A stretch of DNA of 59,639 nucleotides from Candidatus Liptonbacteria bacterium (GCA_016186635.1 JACPLI010000021.1:1-59639); one strand, 5' to 3'; shown: positions 1 through 8,336, numbered from the stretch's first letter. The notes: generated by a model from the letters alone, not told the origin. Numbers and translations are program-made.

Positions 1-58
1 CGTGCAATAGCCCGTCCCGAGTATTCCCGTGCATGGAGATATGCAATCTCCACCCGCT

Positions 59-91
59 CCGCAGCCGAAAGATGGCTGCGGTTCTTTTTTT
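59..91 (+). terminator. intrinsic terminator of an off-window upstream unit
   Basis: 8-bp stem ccgcagcc/ggctgcgg (59-66/74-81), 7-nt loop, then ttcttttttt. Confidence 0.6.
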
Positions 92-299
92 CTCATGCTC
101 TCACGATACCAAAGTGTCCGGATTCAAAAGGGAATCTACGCTCGTTGAAAAATAAGTGCGTACTTGAAAGTAGCTTTTTGGATGTATGAATGTTCAAAAA
201 GCTGCTCTCAAGTAAGAGCGTCAGTTTAACTTGTCTACTGTGTCCAATGGCAAAAAGGCAAGCGGAACGCGCTCCCGCAGAGGCGCATTTTAAATAAAA

Positions 300-815
300 A
301 TGAATAGAATAGTTGAACCGTCGGCCGTGTTATACTACGGCAGTATCACGCGGAAGAACGGGGGGTACGGGTTACTCCCTCGCGAACAGCGCCCAGTTAA
401 AAACTGGACAGTCCAGTGCTGGGTGGCAAAGGTCTGTGTCCGGTTGGACGTGCCATTGCACAGCAATGGTCTCCCGCTTGGGGGTGACCCTGAAAGCGGG
501 GCCATCCGAGAAATGGCTGAACTGCTAGGAGGACTAGCCACAAAGAAGATCCACCAGGAGAACGGGTTCGAGACGGGAAATTACCTCTGGCTTGGGGGTG
601 TTTCTGTAAGGGACACCGGAACCTGTACCTATGTGGGAGACGCCGAGGTCAAAAGGGACTTGACTGTCCCTGTGGCTTTTGAGGAGGGGTGGTACAGGTG
701 CCTTGGGGATGGCGATCCCACCTCGACACATGGTTCGGACTGGAAACCGGAAAGGGTGCGAGAGTGGCTCCTCGCGCCATCTTTCCCTCTCCTGCCCGTT
801 CCCGCAAACGGGTAG
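300..815 (+). CDS. hypothetical protein, 171 aa, no recognisable domain
   Basis: Longest ORF here. ATG follows an AT-rich spacer (taaataaaaATG). It ends exactly where the PIN similarity of the convergent gene stops. Coding status uncertain. Confidence 0.3.
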   Translation: MNRIVEPSAVLYYGSITRKNGGYGLLPREQRPVKNWTVQCWVAKVCVRLDVPLHSNGLPLGGDPESGAIREMAELLGGLATKKIHQENGFETGNYLWLGGVSVRDTGTCTYVGDAEVKRDLTVPVAFEEGWYRCLGDGDPTSTHGSDWKPERVREWLLAPSFPLLPVPANG

Positions 816-820
816 AAACC

Positions 821-1096
821 GATGAGGGCATCAGGAAGCGTAAGGTGATACGTGCGCGTGAGGGTCGCGGCGTGTTCCGCAATGATTCCGTCCACCGGGA
901 CCAGCGCGAACGAGGAAAGAAACCCCCGAATGCGCTCTTGTTCTGATGCGGTGATTCTCGGATGTGCCAATACCTCGGTAACGGTGATTGCCGATATGAA
1001 AAGCAACCGACGCTCTTGTTGGAGGCGGGAGAGAATATGTACTACCGCGAGTTCGCCGTTCAGACACGCAATCAGGATATTCGTGTCGCAGAGCAT
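821..1096 (-). pseudogene. PIN-domain VapC-like toxin, C-terminal third missing
   Basis: MLCDTNILIA...TVTEVL...LPDALI carries the first three PIN acidic positions. After ~92 aa the ORF (629..1123) runs into unrelated read-through sequence. Confidence 0.5.
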
Positions 1097-1103
1097 CGCG
1101 GCG

Positions 1104-1304
1104 CTAGCTGCTTTTCCGCGCAAGCTCCACCTGTTTCCTCAAGCGTTTCTCCCACTCCCCGCGGATTTTTTTTTGGTATGCAAGCCCGTCAATCCGCTTG
1201 CCCTTGAGTATGCCGATTGCTTGCCACCAGCTTTTTGGCAGTTCTCGTTTCGTGATGCCGAGCTCAGCGAGTACATCTTGTTTGTTTTGTGTAGTTGTTG
1301 CCAT
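1104..1304 (-). CDS. VapB-like antitoxin (66 aa)
   Basis: Small basic ORF ending 7 nt before the PIN start. Shares the AIGILKG motif with the paralogue at 1408-1573. Confidence 0.5.
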   Translation of the reverse strand: MATTTQNKQDVLAELGITKRELPKSWWQAIGILKGKRIDGLAYQKKIRGEWEKRLRKQVELARKSS

Positions 1305-1573
1305 GGTTTCAATATAACAGCAGGAACGCTTTCAATCAAGCACACATTTCCTACCCGGGATACGCAAAGCAGGCGATAAGGATATTCGAATCGAGCAACA
1401 TTCAAGAGCGCCGGCGGGCAAGCATTCTTTGCCTTTTTTCCCCGCTTGTCCCACTCGCGGCGCATCTTTTGGAGCTCTTTTCGCATTTCGTCCCCTCTGC
1501 CTTTAAGGATGCCGATGGCGTCCAAAAGCCGCCGGGAAGGAGGAATGGGAGCCAAGCGCAGCCGCTTGGTCAT
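1305..1573 (-). pseudogene. decayed duplicate TA pair (VapB paralogue plus a PIN N-terminus containing stop codons)
   Basis: MTKRLRL...DAIGILKGRGDEMRKEL resembles the 1104 antitoxin. MLLDSNILIACF is readable in another frame at ~1340-1400 but is interrupted by stops. Confidence 0.35.
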
Positions 1574-1768
1574 TGGTGTTTCGATGTCGTATGCCACGGT
1601 GCGAGTATACCACCGGAACATGAAAGTTCAATGGAGGAGGTTCTCATAACCGGATGAGCGTGCGGACTTATCCCCGCCGTCGCTGAAGCTATGGCGGGCA
1701 AGCAACAAAAATTTGAAGCGCGTTTTCCGAAAAGGAGGCGCGCTTCTTACATTTCAATACAATCCTCA

Positions 1769-1831
1769 AAGGTTCGACCTTTTTGCGGATTCCCCGTAAA
1801 GCTTCGCACGGGGCAGGCAAGGTCGAACCTT
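1769..1831. repeat. hairpin element with 13-nt arms aaggttcgacctt/aaggtcgaacctt
   Basis: Arms at 1769-1781 and 1819-1831, with an inner hairpin ccccgt..acgggg (1792-1813). A related copy is at 2589-2624. Confidence 0.7.
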
Positions 1832-1842
1832 CTCTCACGGGC

Positions 1843-1890
1843 TTGACATTGTTTTCCCGACACATACAATGTAATTGGTTTCAATTACAT
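1843..1890 (+). promoter_or_regulatory. sigma70-like promoter with an overlapping palindromic operator
   Basis: TTGACA (1843-1848), 16-nt spacer, TACAAT (1865-1870). A 9-bp inverted repeat atgtaattg-N4-caattacat (1869-1890) sits just upstream of the RHH gene. Confidence 0.6.
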
Positions 1891-1898
1891 TCAACGCC

Positions 1899-2138
1899 AT
1901 GATGGAGACGGTTCAAATTCGTTTGCCGAAAGATAAGGTGCGGCTCATTGACCGCGAGGTGAAGGCGGGGCGTTTTGCAAGCCGCTCCGATGCCGTGCGC
2001 GCCTACATTGACCAAGCGCATCTCCAGTCGGTGGTGAATGAATTTCAGCGCATTGCCGAGTCTGACAATCTTTCGCAAGATGAGGTTCGCCGCGCCGCAA
2101 AAAGCGCGCGCGCCGCGTTCTACAAGAGGTACCTCTAG
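1899..2138 (+). CDS. ribbon-helix-helix (CopG-like) antitoxin
   Basis: METVQIRLPKDKVRLIDREVKAGRFASRSDAVRAYI is a typical RHH N-terminus. Located 8 nt upstream of the PIN gene. Confidence 0.7.
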   Translation: MMETVQIRLPKDKVRLIDREVKAGRFASRSDAVRAYIDQAHLQSVVNEFQRIAESDNLSQDEVRRAAKSARAAFYKRYL

Positions 2139-2146
2139 ATATTTTC

Positions 2147-2578
2147 TTGATGTATGTTGTGCTTGATACCAGTGTCCTTTTCTCAGCGCTCGCGTTTGAC
2201 GGAAATGAACGGCTGGTGCTCGAAAGAGTATGGCTTCGGCACACGCTTGTGGTAACGGACATGATTGAGGCGGAAATGCGCGCAGTGATGCGGAAGAAAC
2301 TTTCTCCGCACAAATGCCGCGATGCGGAGCAGTTGTTTGATGCATTGCTCGCTTCCCGTGCGCACCTATACTATAAAACAAAAAACAACTACGCGGATTT
2401 CCTGAACGATGCCCTCGCGCGAATCGCGAAAAAAGACGCGCCCATTCTCGCGGCAGGATTGCAGCCGGAAGTGCATGCGCTCGTGACAGGAGACGCCGAT
2501 TTCCTTGAAAACCGGAATCTCGCCTCTCTCTGGACACGAAAAATTTTCACGTCTCGGGAAATTCTGCCGTTGCTTTAG
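2147..2578 (+). CDS. PIN-domain toxin
   Basis: VVLDTSVLFSAL...VTDMIEAEM...APILAAGL...LVTGDADF follows the PIN acidic-residue pattern. Paired with the RHH gene. Confidence 0.7.
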   Translation: MMYVVLDTSVLFSALAFDGNERLVLERVWLRHTLVVTDMIEAEMRAVMRKKLSPHKCRDAEQLFDALLASRAHLYYKTKNNYADFLNDALARIAKKDAPILAAGLQPEVHALVTGDADFLENRNLASLWTRKIFTSREILPLL

Positions 2579-2588
2579 ACAATTCATT

Positions 2589-2624
2589 AAGGTTCGACCT
2601 TTGGCAATCTCAAGATCGAACCTT
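2589..2624. repeat. hairpin element, second copy of the aaggttcgacctt family
   Basis: Arms at 2589-2601 and 2612-2624 (aagatcgaacctt), on the other flank of the RHH-PIN cassette. Confidence 0.7.
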
Positions 2625-2658
2625 GGGAATTTTCGGAGGTTGCGGTACTATACACCCA

Positions 2659-3984
2659 ATGCTCGACATAAAACTTCTTCGGGAGGAATCCGAACGCGTG
2701 AAAAAGGCGATTGCGGCGAAGAATGCCGACCCGAAGCTCGTGGATGAGTTCGGGAAACTCGATGCCGAGTGGCGCGCGCTTACGGCGGAACTCGACGGGC
2801 TGCGGGCGGAGCAGAAGAAGATAAGCAAGGAAAGGAACAAGGAACAAGGAACAAGGAACAAGGAAGAGATTAAAAAACTAGAGGGAGAGCTTCGTGCGTT
2901 GGAAGAAAAGCGAGATGCGGTATGGCAGAAAATCCCGAACCTGCCGAGCGAGGACACTCCGGTAGGGAAGGACGAAACCACGAATAAAGTAATCCGCGTG
3001 GTGGGGGAGCCGAGAGATTTCTCCGCCAAAGGCGGATCCGCCTCGGGCGGAAAGCCGAAGAACCACTTCGAGCTTGGCGAAGCGCTGGGGCTTATAGACA
3101 TCGAGACCGCCGCGAAGGTTTCCGGCGCGCGGTTTGCGTACTTGAAAGGCGGGGCGGTGGAGCTTGGACTTGCACTCGTGCACTATGCGTTTGCGATACT
3201 CACAAATCCGAACGTCGTCCGCTCGAGCGCGGAAGGAACCGTGCCGGGGTATAATGGCAAGCCCTTTGTGCCGGTCGCGCCGCCGCTTATGATGCGCGCG
3301 GAGGTCATGCAGAAGATGGCGCGGCTTGAGCCGAAGGAAGAGCGGTATCATATTCCCTCGGATGACCTCTATCTCATCGGGAGCGCCGAGCACACGCTGG
3401 GGCCGCTTCACATGGACGAGACAATCCCCGAGAAGGATTTGCCGCTCCGCTATGTGGCCTTCACGCCAAGCTTCCGGCGCGAGGCGGGTTCCTACGGCAA
3501 AGACACCCGCGGGATTCTCCGGCTCCATCAGTTCGACAAAATCGAGATGGAGAGTTTCACGACTCCGGAGCAGGGAGAGACCGAGCAAAACTTTTTTGTG
3601 GCGATGCAGGAGTACCTCATGTGGTCACTCGAACTTCCGTACCGCGTCGTGATTTGCTCGACAGGAGACCAAGGGGACCCCGATGCGCGGCATTTGGACC
3701 TCGAAACATGGTTCCCGGGAGAAAGTAAATATCGCGAGACGCACTCGGCGGACTATATGACCGATTACCAGGCCCGGCGTTTGAACACTAAGGTAAAGAG
3801 GAGTAAAACCTCCGCCAAAGGCGGATCCGCCTCGGGCGGAGAATTCATCCACATGAACGACGCGACAGTATTCGCCATCGGGCGCACGGTTGCCGCCATT
3901 TTCGAAAACTATCAGACGAAGGAAGGGAAAATCGAGGTGCCGAGGGTACTGCAGAGGTATGTAGGTAAAAAAGTTATAGAGTGA
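2659..3984 (+). CDS. serS: seryl-tRNA synthetase
   Basis: MLDIKLLREE start, coiled-coil arm and class-II motifs (FRREAGS, GDQGDP..). ORF 2623..3984 trimmed to the conserved Met. Confidence 0.95.
   Translation: MLDIKLLREESERVKKAIAAKNADPKLVDEFGKLDAEWRALTAELDGLRAEQKKISKERNKEQGTRNKEEIKKLEGELRALEEKRDAVWQKIPNLPSEDTPVGKDETTNKVIRVVGEPRDFSAKGGSASGGKPKNHFELGEALGLIDIETAAKVSGARFAYLKGGAVELGLALVHYAFAILTNPNVVRSSAEGTVPGYNGKPFVPVAPPLMMRAEVMQKMARLEPKEERYHIPSDDLYLIGSAEHTLGPLHMDETIPEKDLPLRYVAFTPSFRREAGSYGKDTRGILRLHQFDKIEMESFTTPEQGETEQNFFVAMQEYLMWSLELPYRVVICSTGDQGDPDARHLDLETWFPGESKYRETHSADYMTDYQARRLNTKVKRSKTSAKGGSASGGEFIHMNDATVFAIGRTVAAIFENYQTKEGKIEVPRVLQRYVGKKVIE
2827..2868 (+). repeat. (ggaacaa)n heptamer microsatellite inside serS
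   Basis: Four perfect units at 2834-2861 plus partial flanking units. Translated as KEQGTRNKE. Confidence 0.9.
3022..3051. repeat. 30-nt double-hairpin element tccgccaaaggcgga+tccgcctcgggcgga, in frame in serS
   Basis: Identical copy at 3811-3840 and reverse-complement copy at 45793-45822. Translated as SAKGGSASGG. Confidence 0.9.
3811..3840. repeat. second in-frame copy of the 30-nt double-hairpin element in serS
   Basis: 30/30 identical to 3022-3051. Confidence 0.9.
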
Positions 3985-3985
3985 T

Positions 3986-4080
3986 TCACGATGCCAATAT
4001 ACGAATGCGTACTAATAATACGAATAAGATGCGGTTAGTATAATTAGTATCAATTTGTATATTAGCATCGGTATATTCGT
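3986..4080. repeat. AT-rich spacer hairpin (gatgccaatatacgaat subfamily)
   Basis: Fills the serS-alr spacer. Shares gatgccaatatac / gtatattggcatc arms with 6305-6407, 47685-47809 and 50471-50563. Confidence 0.7.
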
Positions 4081-5211
4081 ATGAAAATTCAAGATGGTCT
4101 CCGCACCTGGATCGAGATCGACAAAAGCGCGGCACGGCATAATTATCAGACGTTCCGGAAATTGATAGAGCCGCGCGTAAAGCTCTGGGCGGTGGTGAAG
4201 TCGAACGCCTACGGGCACGGGCTGGTGCTGTTCTCAAAACTCGCGGACACGCTCGGCGCGGATGGTTTTTGTGTGGACTCCATTGTTGAGGGCAATCGCT
4301 TGCGGCGGGAGGGAATCACGAAGCCAATTCTCATTTTGGGTCCCACGCTCCCCGCGCGATTACGGGATGCGGCCCAACATGATATTACTGTGAGTGTCTC
4401 GAATTTCGAGGCCTTGAACGCGCTCGTGCGGAGCAAGAACCCTCCCGCGTTCCATATCAAAGTTGATACCGGTTTCCACCGCCAAGGGTTTTACGTGGAA
4501 GAATTACCAAAGGTAATTCGTGCAATCGCCAATTGCAAATTACCAATTACTAAAAAACTCTCTGGAGTTTTTACGCATTTCGCCGCGGCGAAGGACATCA
4601 CGTATCCTTACTATACCGAAATGCAGGTGAAAAAATTTCGGGAAGCCCTGCGCCTTTTCTCCCGCGCGGGATTCAAGCGCCTCACCGCGCATGCGGCGGC
4701 GACGGGAGCCACAAGTATCAGTCCGAAGTATCACTTTGATGCAGTGCGAATTGGAATGGGACTCTATGGTTTTCATGCGTCGCCGGAACTCGAGATGCAA
4801 ATCCCCAATATAAAACTTTCACCGGTATTGGGCTGGAAAACGGTGATAAGCGAAGTCAAGAAGTTCAAAGCGGGGGATTATATCGGCTACGACATCACCG
4901 AGCGCATGCCGCACGCGGGGACACTCGCGATTCTTCCCATCGGCTATTGGCACGGGTTCCCGCGGGCGCTCTCGAGCGTGGGTGAGGTGCTCATAAAAGG
5001 AAAACGCGCGCGGGTGCTTGGGCGCGTGTCGATGGATTTAACGGCGGTGGATGTGACTCATATTCCCTGTACGCCGGGCGCGGTGGTTACGCTCCTCGGA
5101 AAAGACGGGAAAGAAGAATTGCACGCACAGGAAGTTGCCCGCACGGTCGGGACGACGCAGTACGAACTTCTCGCGCGGCTGAACCCGCTGATGGAGAGGA
5201 TACTTATATAA
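4081..5211 (+). CDS. alr: alanine racemase
   Basis: VVKSNAYGHG PLP-lysine motif and C-terminal RVSMD..; 376 aa. Confidence 0.9.
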   Translation: MKIQDGLRTWIEIDKSAARHNYQTFRKLIEPRVKLWAVVKSNAYGHGLVLFSKLADTLGADGFCVDSIVEGNRLRREGITKPILILGPTLPARLRDAAQHDITVSVSNFEALNALVRSKNPPAFHIKVDTGFHRQGFYVEELPKVIRAIANCKLPITKKLSGVFTHFAAAKDITYPYYTEMQVKKFREALRLFSRAGFKRLTAHAAATGATSISPKYHFDAVRIGMGLYGFHASPELEMQIPNIKLSPVLGWKTVISEVKKFKAGDYIGYDITERMPHAGTLAILPIGYWHGFPRALSSVGEVLIKGKRARVLGRVSMDLTAVDVTHIPCTPGAVVTLLGKDGKEELHAQEVARTVGTTQYELLARLNPLMERILI

Positions 5212-5237
5212 AAGATACCAATATAGATCATGGCCCC

Positions 5238-5371
5238 AATTTCTAATTACTAATTGCTAATTTCTAAACAATGACGAAATCACAATTATCAAATTCCAAA
5301 TGGCTCGTTTGGGATTTGAATATTGGGGGATTGGGATTTATTTAGAAATTCGATATTAGAAATTAGGAATT
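5238..5371. repeat. 134-nt spacer element (aatttctaa family), copy A
   Basis: The reverse complement matches 12490-12623 almost base for base (the first ~92 nt are identical). Confidence 0.85.
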
Positions 5372-5377
5372 CATCAC

Positions 5378-6304
5378 ATGAAGGTTTCCTCCTATCTCTC
5401 CGATTCTGACCGCCTGCGGCAGAGGGGACGGCGGCGCCTTCTCTATACGTACGGGTTTGGCGTGCTTGGCTTGCTCCTTATCGGCGCGGCGTGGGCGGTG
5501 CGCTACGCCCCCATCTTCGATATTAAAAGTATCGTGGTGGAGGGAAACAGGCGCGCGAGCGCGGACGAGGTGCTCACGGTTGTGCGGGGGATGGCGCTCG
5601 AAGGCGCGCTCGCGAGATTTATCGGCATCGAGCGGCTTTTTGCGTGGCCAGAGAAAAGCGAGCGGAACCTCGCGCTTCTGCCGGCAGTTGCGGAACTCAC
5701 GATATCGAAAAGTTTTCGCAGTCGAGAAGTGCGCATCGCAGTCGCAGAGCGCGAACCGGTGGGGATATGGTGTTTCTTCCAGACGCGGATAGACGCCGAT
5801 ATAACGCAGATGGACGCGGATGAAACAAATCCAATCAGCGACAATCCGCGTGACTATCCGCGACAATCCGCGTCCTCGTGCTGGTGGTTTGACAAGAGCG
5901 GCGTGCTCTTTGCGAGGGCGCCGGGCGGAGAAGGGGGACTCCTCAAGACCGTGCATGATTACTCCGGCAGACACTTGGGTGCGGGGTCGACGGCGCTTCC
6001 GCCGCCGCTCATGGAGCGGCTCCTCATGATATTCGACGCGCTCCGCGAGAGCGGTGCGGTTGCGGGGGAGCTGCGGTTCGAGGACGTCGCGCGCGAAGAG
6101 GTGGAAGTGGCGACTCTGAACGGTCCCCGCCTGTATTTCAGTTTGCGGTTCCCGCTTGCCGCCGCCACCGATGCGCTCCGGCAGATTTTCTCCGCGTCGG
6201 GTCCGCCAGCTGGCGCCCGCCTGCCGGACGGGCAGGGATTCCCGCCGCCGCAGAAACTGCAATATGTGGATTTCAGGGTGGAGAATCGGGTGTATTACAA
6301 ATAA
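5378..6304 (+). CDS. FtsQ-like cell-division protein (TM segment plus POTRA)
   Basis: N-terminal TM segment, then YAPIFDIKSIVVEGNRRASADEVL, a POTRA-type start. Contains a ~95-nt hairpin insert at 5781-5875. Confidence 0.6.
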   Translation: MKVSSYLSDSDRLRQRGRRRLLYTYGFGVLGLLLIGAAWAVRYAPIFDIKSIVVEGNRRASADEVLTVVRGMALEGALARFIGIERLFAWPEKSERNLALLPAVAELTISKSFRSREVRIAVAEREPVGIWCFFQTRIDADITQMDADETNPISDNPRDYPRQSASSCWWFDKSGVLFARAPGGEGGLLKTVHDYSGRHLGAGSTALPPPLMERLLMIFDALRESGAVAGELRFEDVAREEVEVATLNGPRLYFSLRFPLAAATDALRQIFSASGPPAGARLPDGQGFPPPQKLQYVDFRVENRVYYK

Positions 6305-6407
6305 GCACGATGCAAATATACGAATGGCACTAATGCTGCTAATAATACGAGTGAGGAGTGATTAGTACTATTTGTAACATTCGTAGACATTGGTATATTG
6401 GCATCGT
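6305..6407. repeat. AT-rich spacer hairpin (gatgcaaatatacgaat ... gtatattggcatc)
   Basis: Same subfamily as 3986-4080. Confidence 0.65.
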
Positions 6408-8306
6408 TTATAATTTGTACACAAATATCGAAGTGCCCGCCCTAAAATCCGGTTCGGGGACGTTTCCTATCCCGGGCATGGGTTTTCGTAATTGCGTGAG
6501 CCATCGGTATTCATCCTCCGGTTTTCGAGTAAATCCTTTTGCCGTGGGCTGGATTGCTCCTTGCAGGGTGTTAATGGAGACCGCCAGCCAGCGGATGCCT
6601 TCTGCGGCGGGATTTCCCTTCGCGGAATTCCACTCAACCGCGCGATTGCCGAGATAGTAGCGCACACTCCCGCCGCCGAAGTAGTCCACCGCAATTTTCC
6701 CCACGTTATTGTTATCGTCATGGTCATTGTTGCGCTGCTCCACCCATTCTTTCAGACGGAGCAAGTCCTGCCCCCAGTCGTAGTTCGAGTCCGTGACGTA
6801 GCGGTAGCCGTTTTGCGTCCCGCCGCCGAGTTGGTTGAAATATGAGAGGAAGTGCGGCGCGGCAACCGCCACCTCCGTGAGAAACCAGAACGCGAGAAGT
6901 ATCGCAAGCATCCATTGAAGTGTTGCGGACGCCGCACGCGCGAAGGACGTGAGACGTTCGCGCGCCCGCGCAAGCGCGCGTGCGAGCTGATGTTTCCATG
7001 CGAGCGCGGCAAGCATGTATATGAAGGGAAGCGTGGGAATAATGTGGCGAACGCCGATGTTCAAGTTACTCCGTATGCTCCATGCCCAGTACAATGCAAT
7101 GAAGGCGCCAAGCGCCCACGTGTCAAAATTCTTTCCAATGGCTTCCGGGATGGCGCGGCTCCGCCGCGGTATGGCGCGGAGGAACACCGCGAGTCCGATG
7201 CAGCATGCGCCGAGGATGAAGAGGAGCGCGGGAAGGGTTTCTTTGAGCGCGTAGACCACGGGGAAATATGCGGGAGAACCGGCTGCGGAAACCTCGCCGA
7301 GGAAGTAGCTTGTGTTCCCGCTGCTTGCCCGCTGGAGCACCATGAGCACGCCCAAGGAATACTCCGCGAGCGGACGCGTGAGAGGGTTTTCTGTCGCGGC
7401 GATGGTAAGGTCAGCAAGGCAGCGGAGGGGGCGGCACCGTTCCCCGGCAGGGGTGGGGCCGCCCGCGAACGACGCGAGGAGCGCCGCGGTGTCGGATGTC
7501 TGGCGGGCGGGCGGGTAGCGAAGGGTGAAGAGTGCGTACGCGGGGTAGACCACAAACGCGTACGCGGCGAAAATGATAAGCGCCGTTTTAAGGAGAAGGC
7601 GCCGCGCTTCGCGGAGGAATGCCGCGGGCGCCGCGGTCCATGCCTTGAGGAGCGCGAGGAGAAAGAAGTAGGGGATGAGGAGCACCACGGAAAATTTAGT
7701 GAGCTCCGCGATGCCGAGCGCGATCCCTGCGGTGAAGAGATGGTGCGGTGACGGTATGCGCAGGAATCGGAGAAAAAAGTAGGCGGCGATGAGAACTCCG
7801 AACGCCGCGCCGACGTCGGTCGTCACGTAGTGCCCGTGGGCAAGGACGATGGGGGAGAGCGCGAAGAGCGCCGCAGGGAGAAGCGCCCACCATGCTCCCA
7901 TCAATTCCCGCGCCCATCCGTAGAGGAAGAGTATCGCGAGCAGGGTAATGAGGATGGGCCCGATGCGCGCGGCGCGGGTGAGAAAATTTGCGTCATTGCC
8001 GGACTCGTAGAGGAATGCGGTTCCGAGCGCCCACTGCCCATTCACATCACTCTGCCACGCCGGATGGGACTCCGGGAATGCGGGGCTCCACGCGGGAAGG
8101 GGGAATCCTGCGAGCGCCTTCACGAGCGGGGGATGCTCGGGGTTCAGCCGGTAGTCGAGCGCGGAGACGTAACTATACCCTGCGGGAATGTGCGCGAGTT
8201 CGTCCATGATGGGGGCGTCCGTGTACGCGCCCCACGCAAGAAGCGCCGCGGCAAGGGCGATGATGGAGGCGCATATGAAGGCGGGAAAAACGCGGCGTAT
8301 GCGCAT
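6408..8306 (-). CDS. GT39/ArnT-like lipid-carrier-dependent glycosyltransferase
   Basis: 632 aa, many TM segments, N-terminal DELAHIPAGYSY loop motif. Confidence 0.8.
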   Translation of the reverse strand: MRIRRVFPAFICASIIALAAALLAWGAYTDAPIMDELAHIPAGYSYVSALDYRLNPEHPPLVKALAGFPLPAWSPAFPESHPAWQSDVNGQWALGTAFLYESGNDANFLTRAARIGPILITLLAILFLYGWARELMGAWWALLPAALFALSPIVLAHGHYVTTDVGAAFGVLIAAYFFLRFLRIPSPHHLFTAGIALGIAELTKFSVVLLIPYFFLLALLKAWTAAPAAFLREARRLLLKTALIIFAAYAFVVYPAYALFTLRYPPARQTSDTAALLASFAGGPTPAGERCRPLRCLADLTIAATENPLTRPLAEYSLGVLMVLQRASSGNTSYFLGEVSAAGSPAYFPVVYALKETLPALLFILGACCIGLAVFLRAIPRRSRAIPEAIGKNFDTWALGAFIALYWAWSIRSNLNIGVRHIIPTLPFIYMLAALAWKHQLARALARARERLTSFARAASATLQWMLAILLAFWFLTEVAVAAPHFLSYFNQLGGGTQNGYRYVTDSNYDWGQDLLRLKEWVEQRNNDHDDNNNVGKIAVDYFGGGSVRYYLGNRAVEWNSAKGNPAAEGIRWLAVSINTLQGAIQPTAKGFTRKPEDEYRWLTQLRKPMPGIGNVPEPDFRAGTSIFVYKL

Positions 8307-8336
8307 ACCTTCATTATAGAGGTATTATGGTGAGGT

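Noticed and set aside
300-815. Structured RNA (group II intron, RNase P, tmRNA) interrupting the PIN gene
   Set aside because: On either strand I found no GUGYG 5' end, no domain V-like hairpin, no RNase P conserved blocks (GGAAAGUCCGG, ACAGAACCCGGCUUA) and no tmRNA tag or T-arm. A clean 171-codon ORF with an AT-rich upstream spacer fits better, though without certainty.
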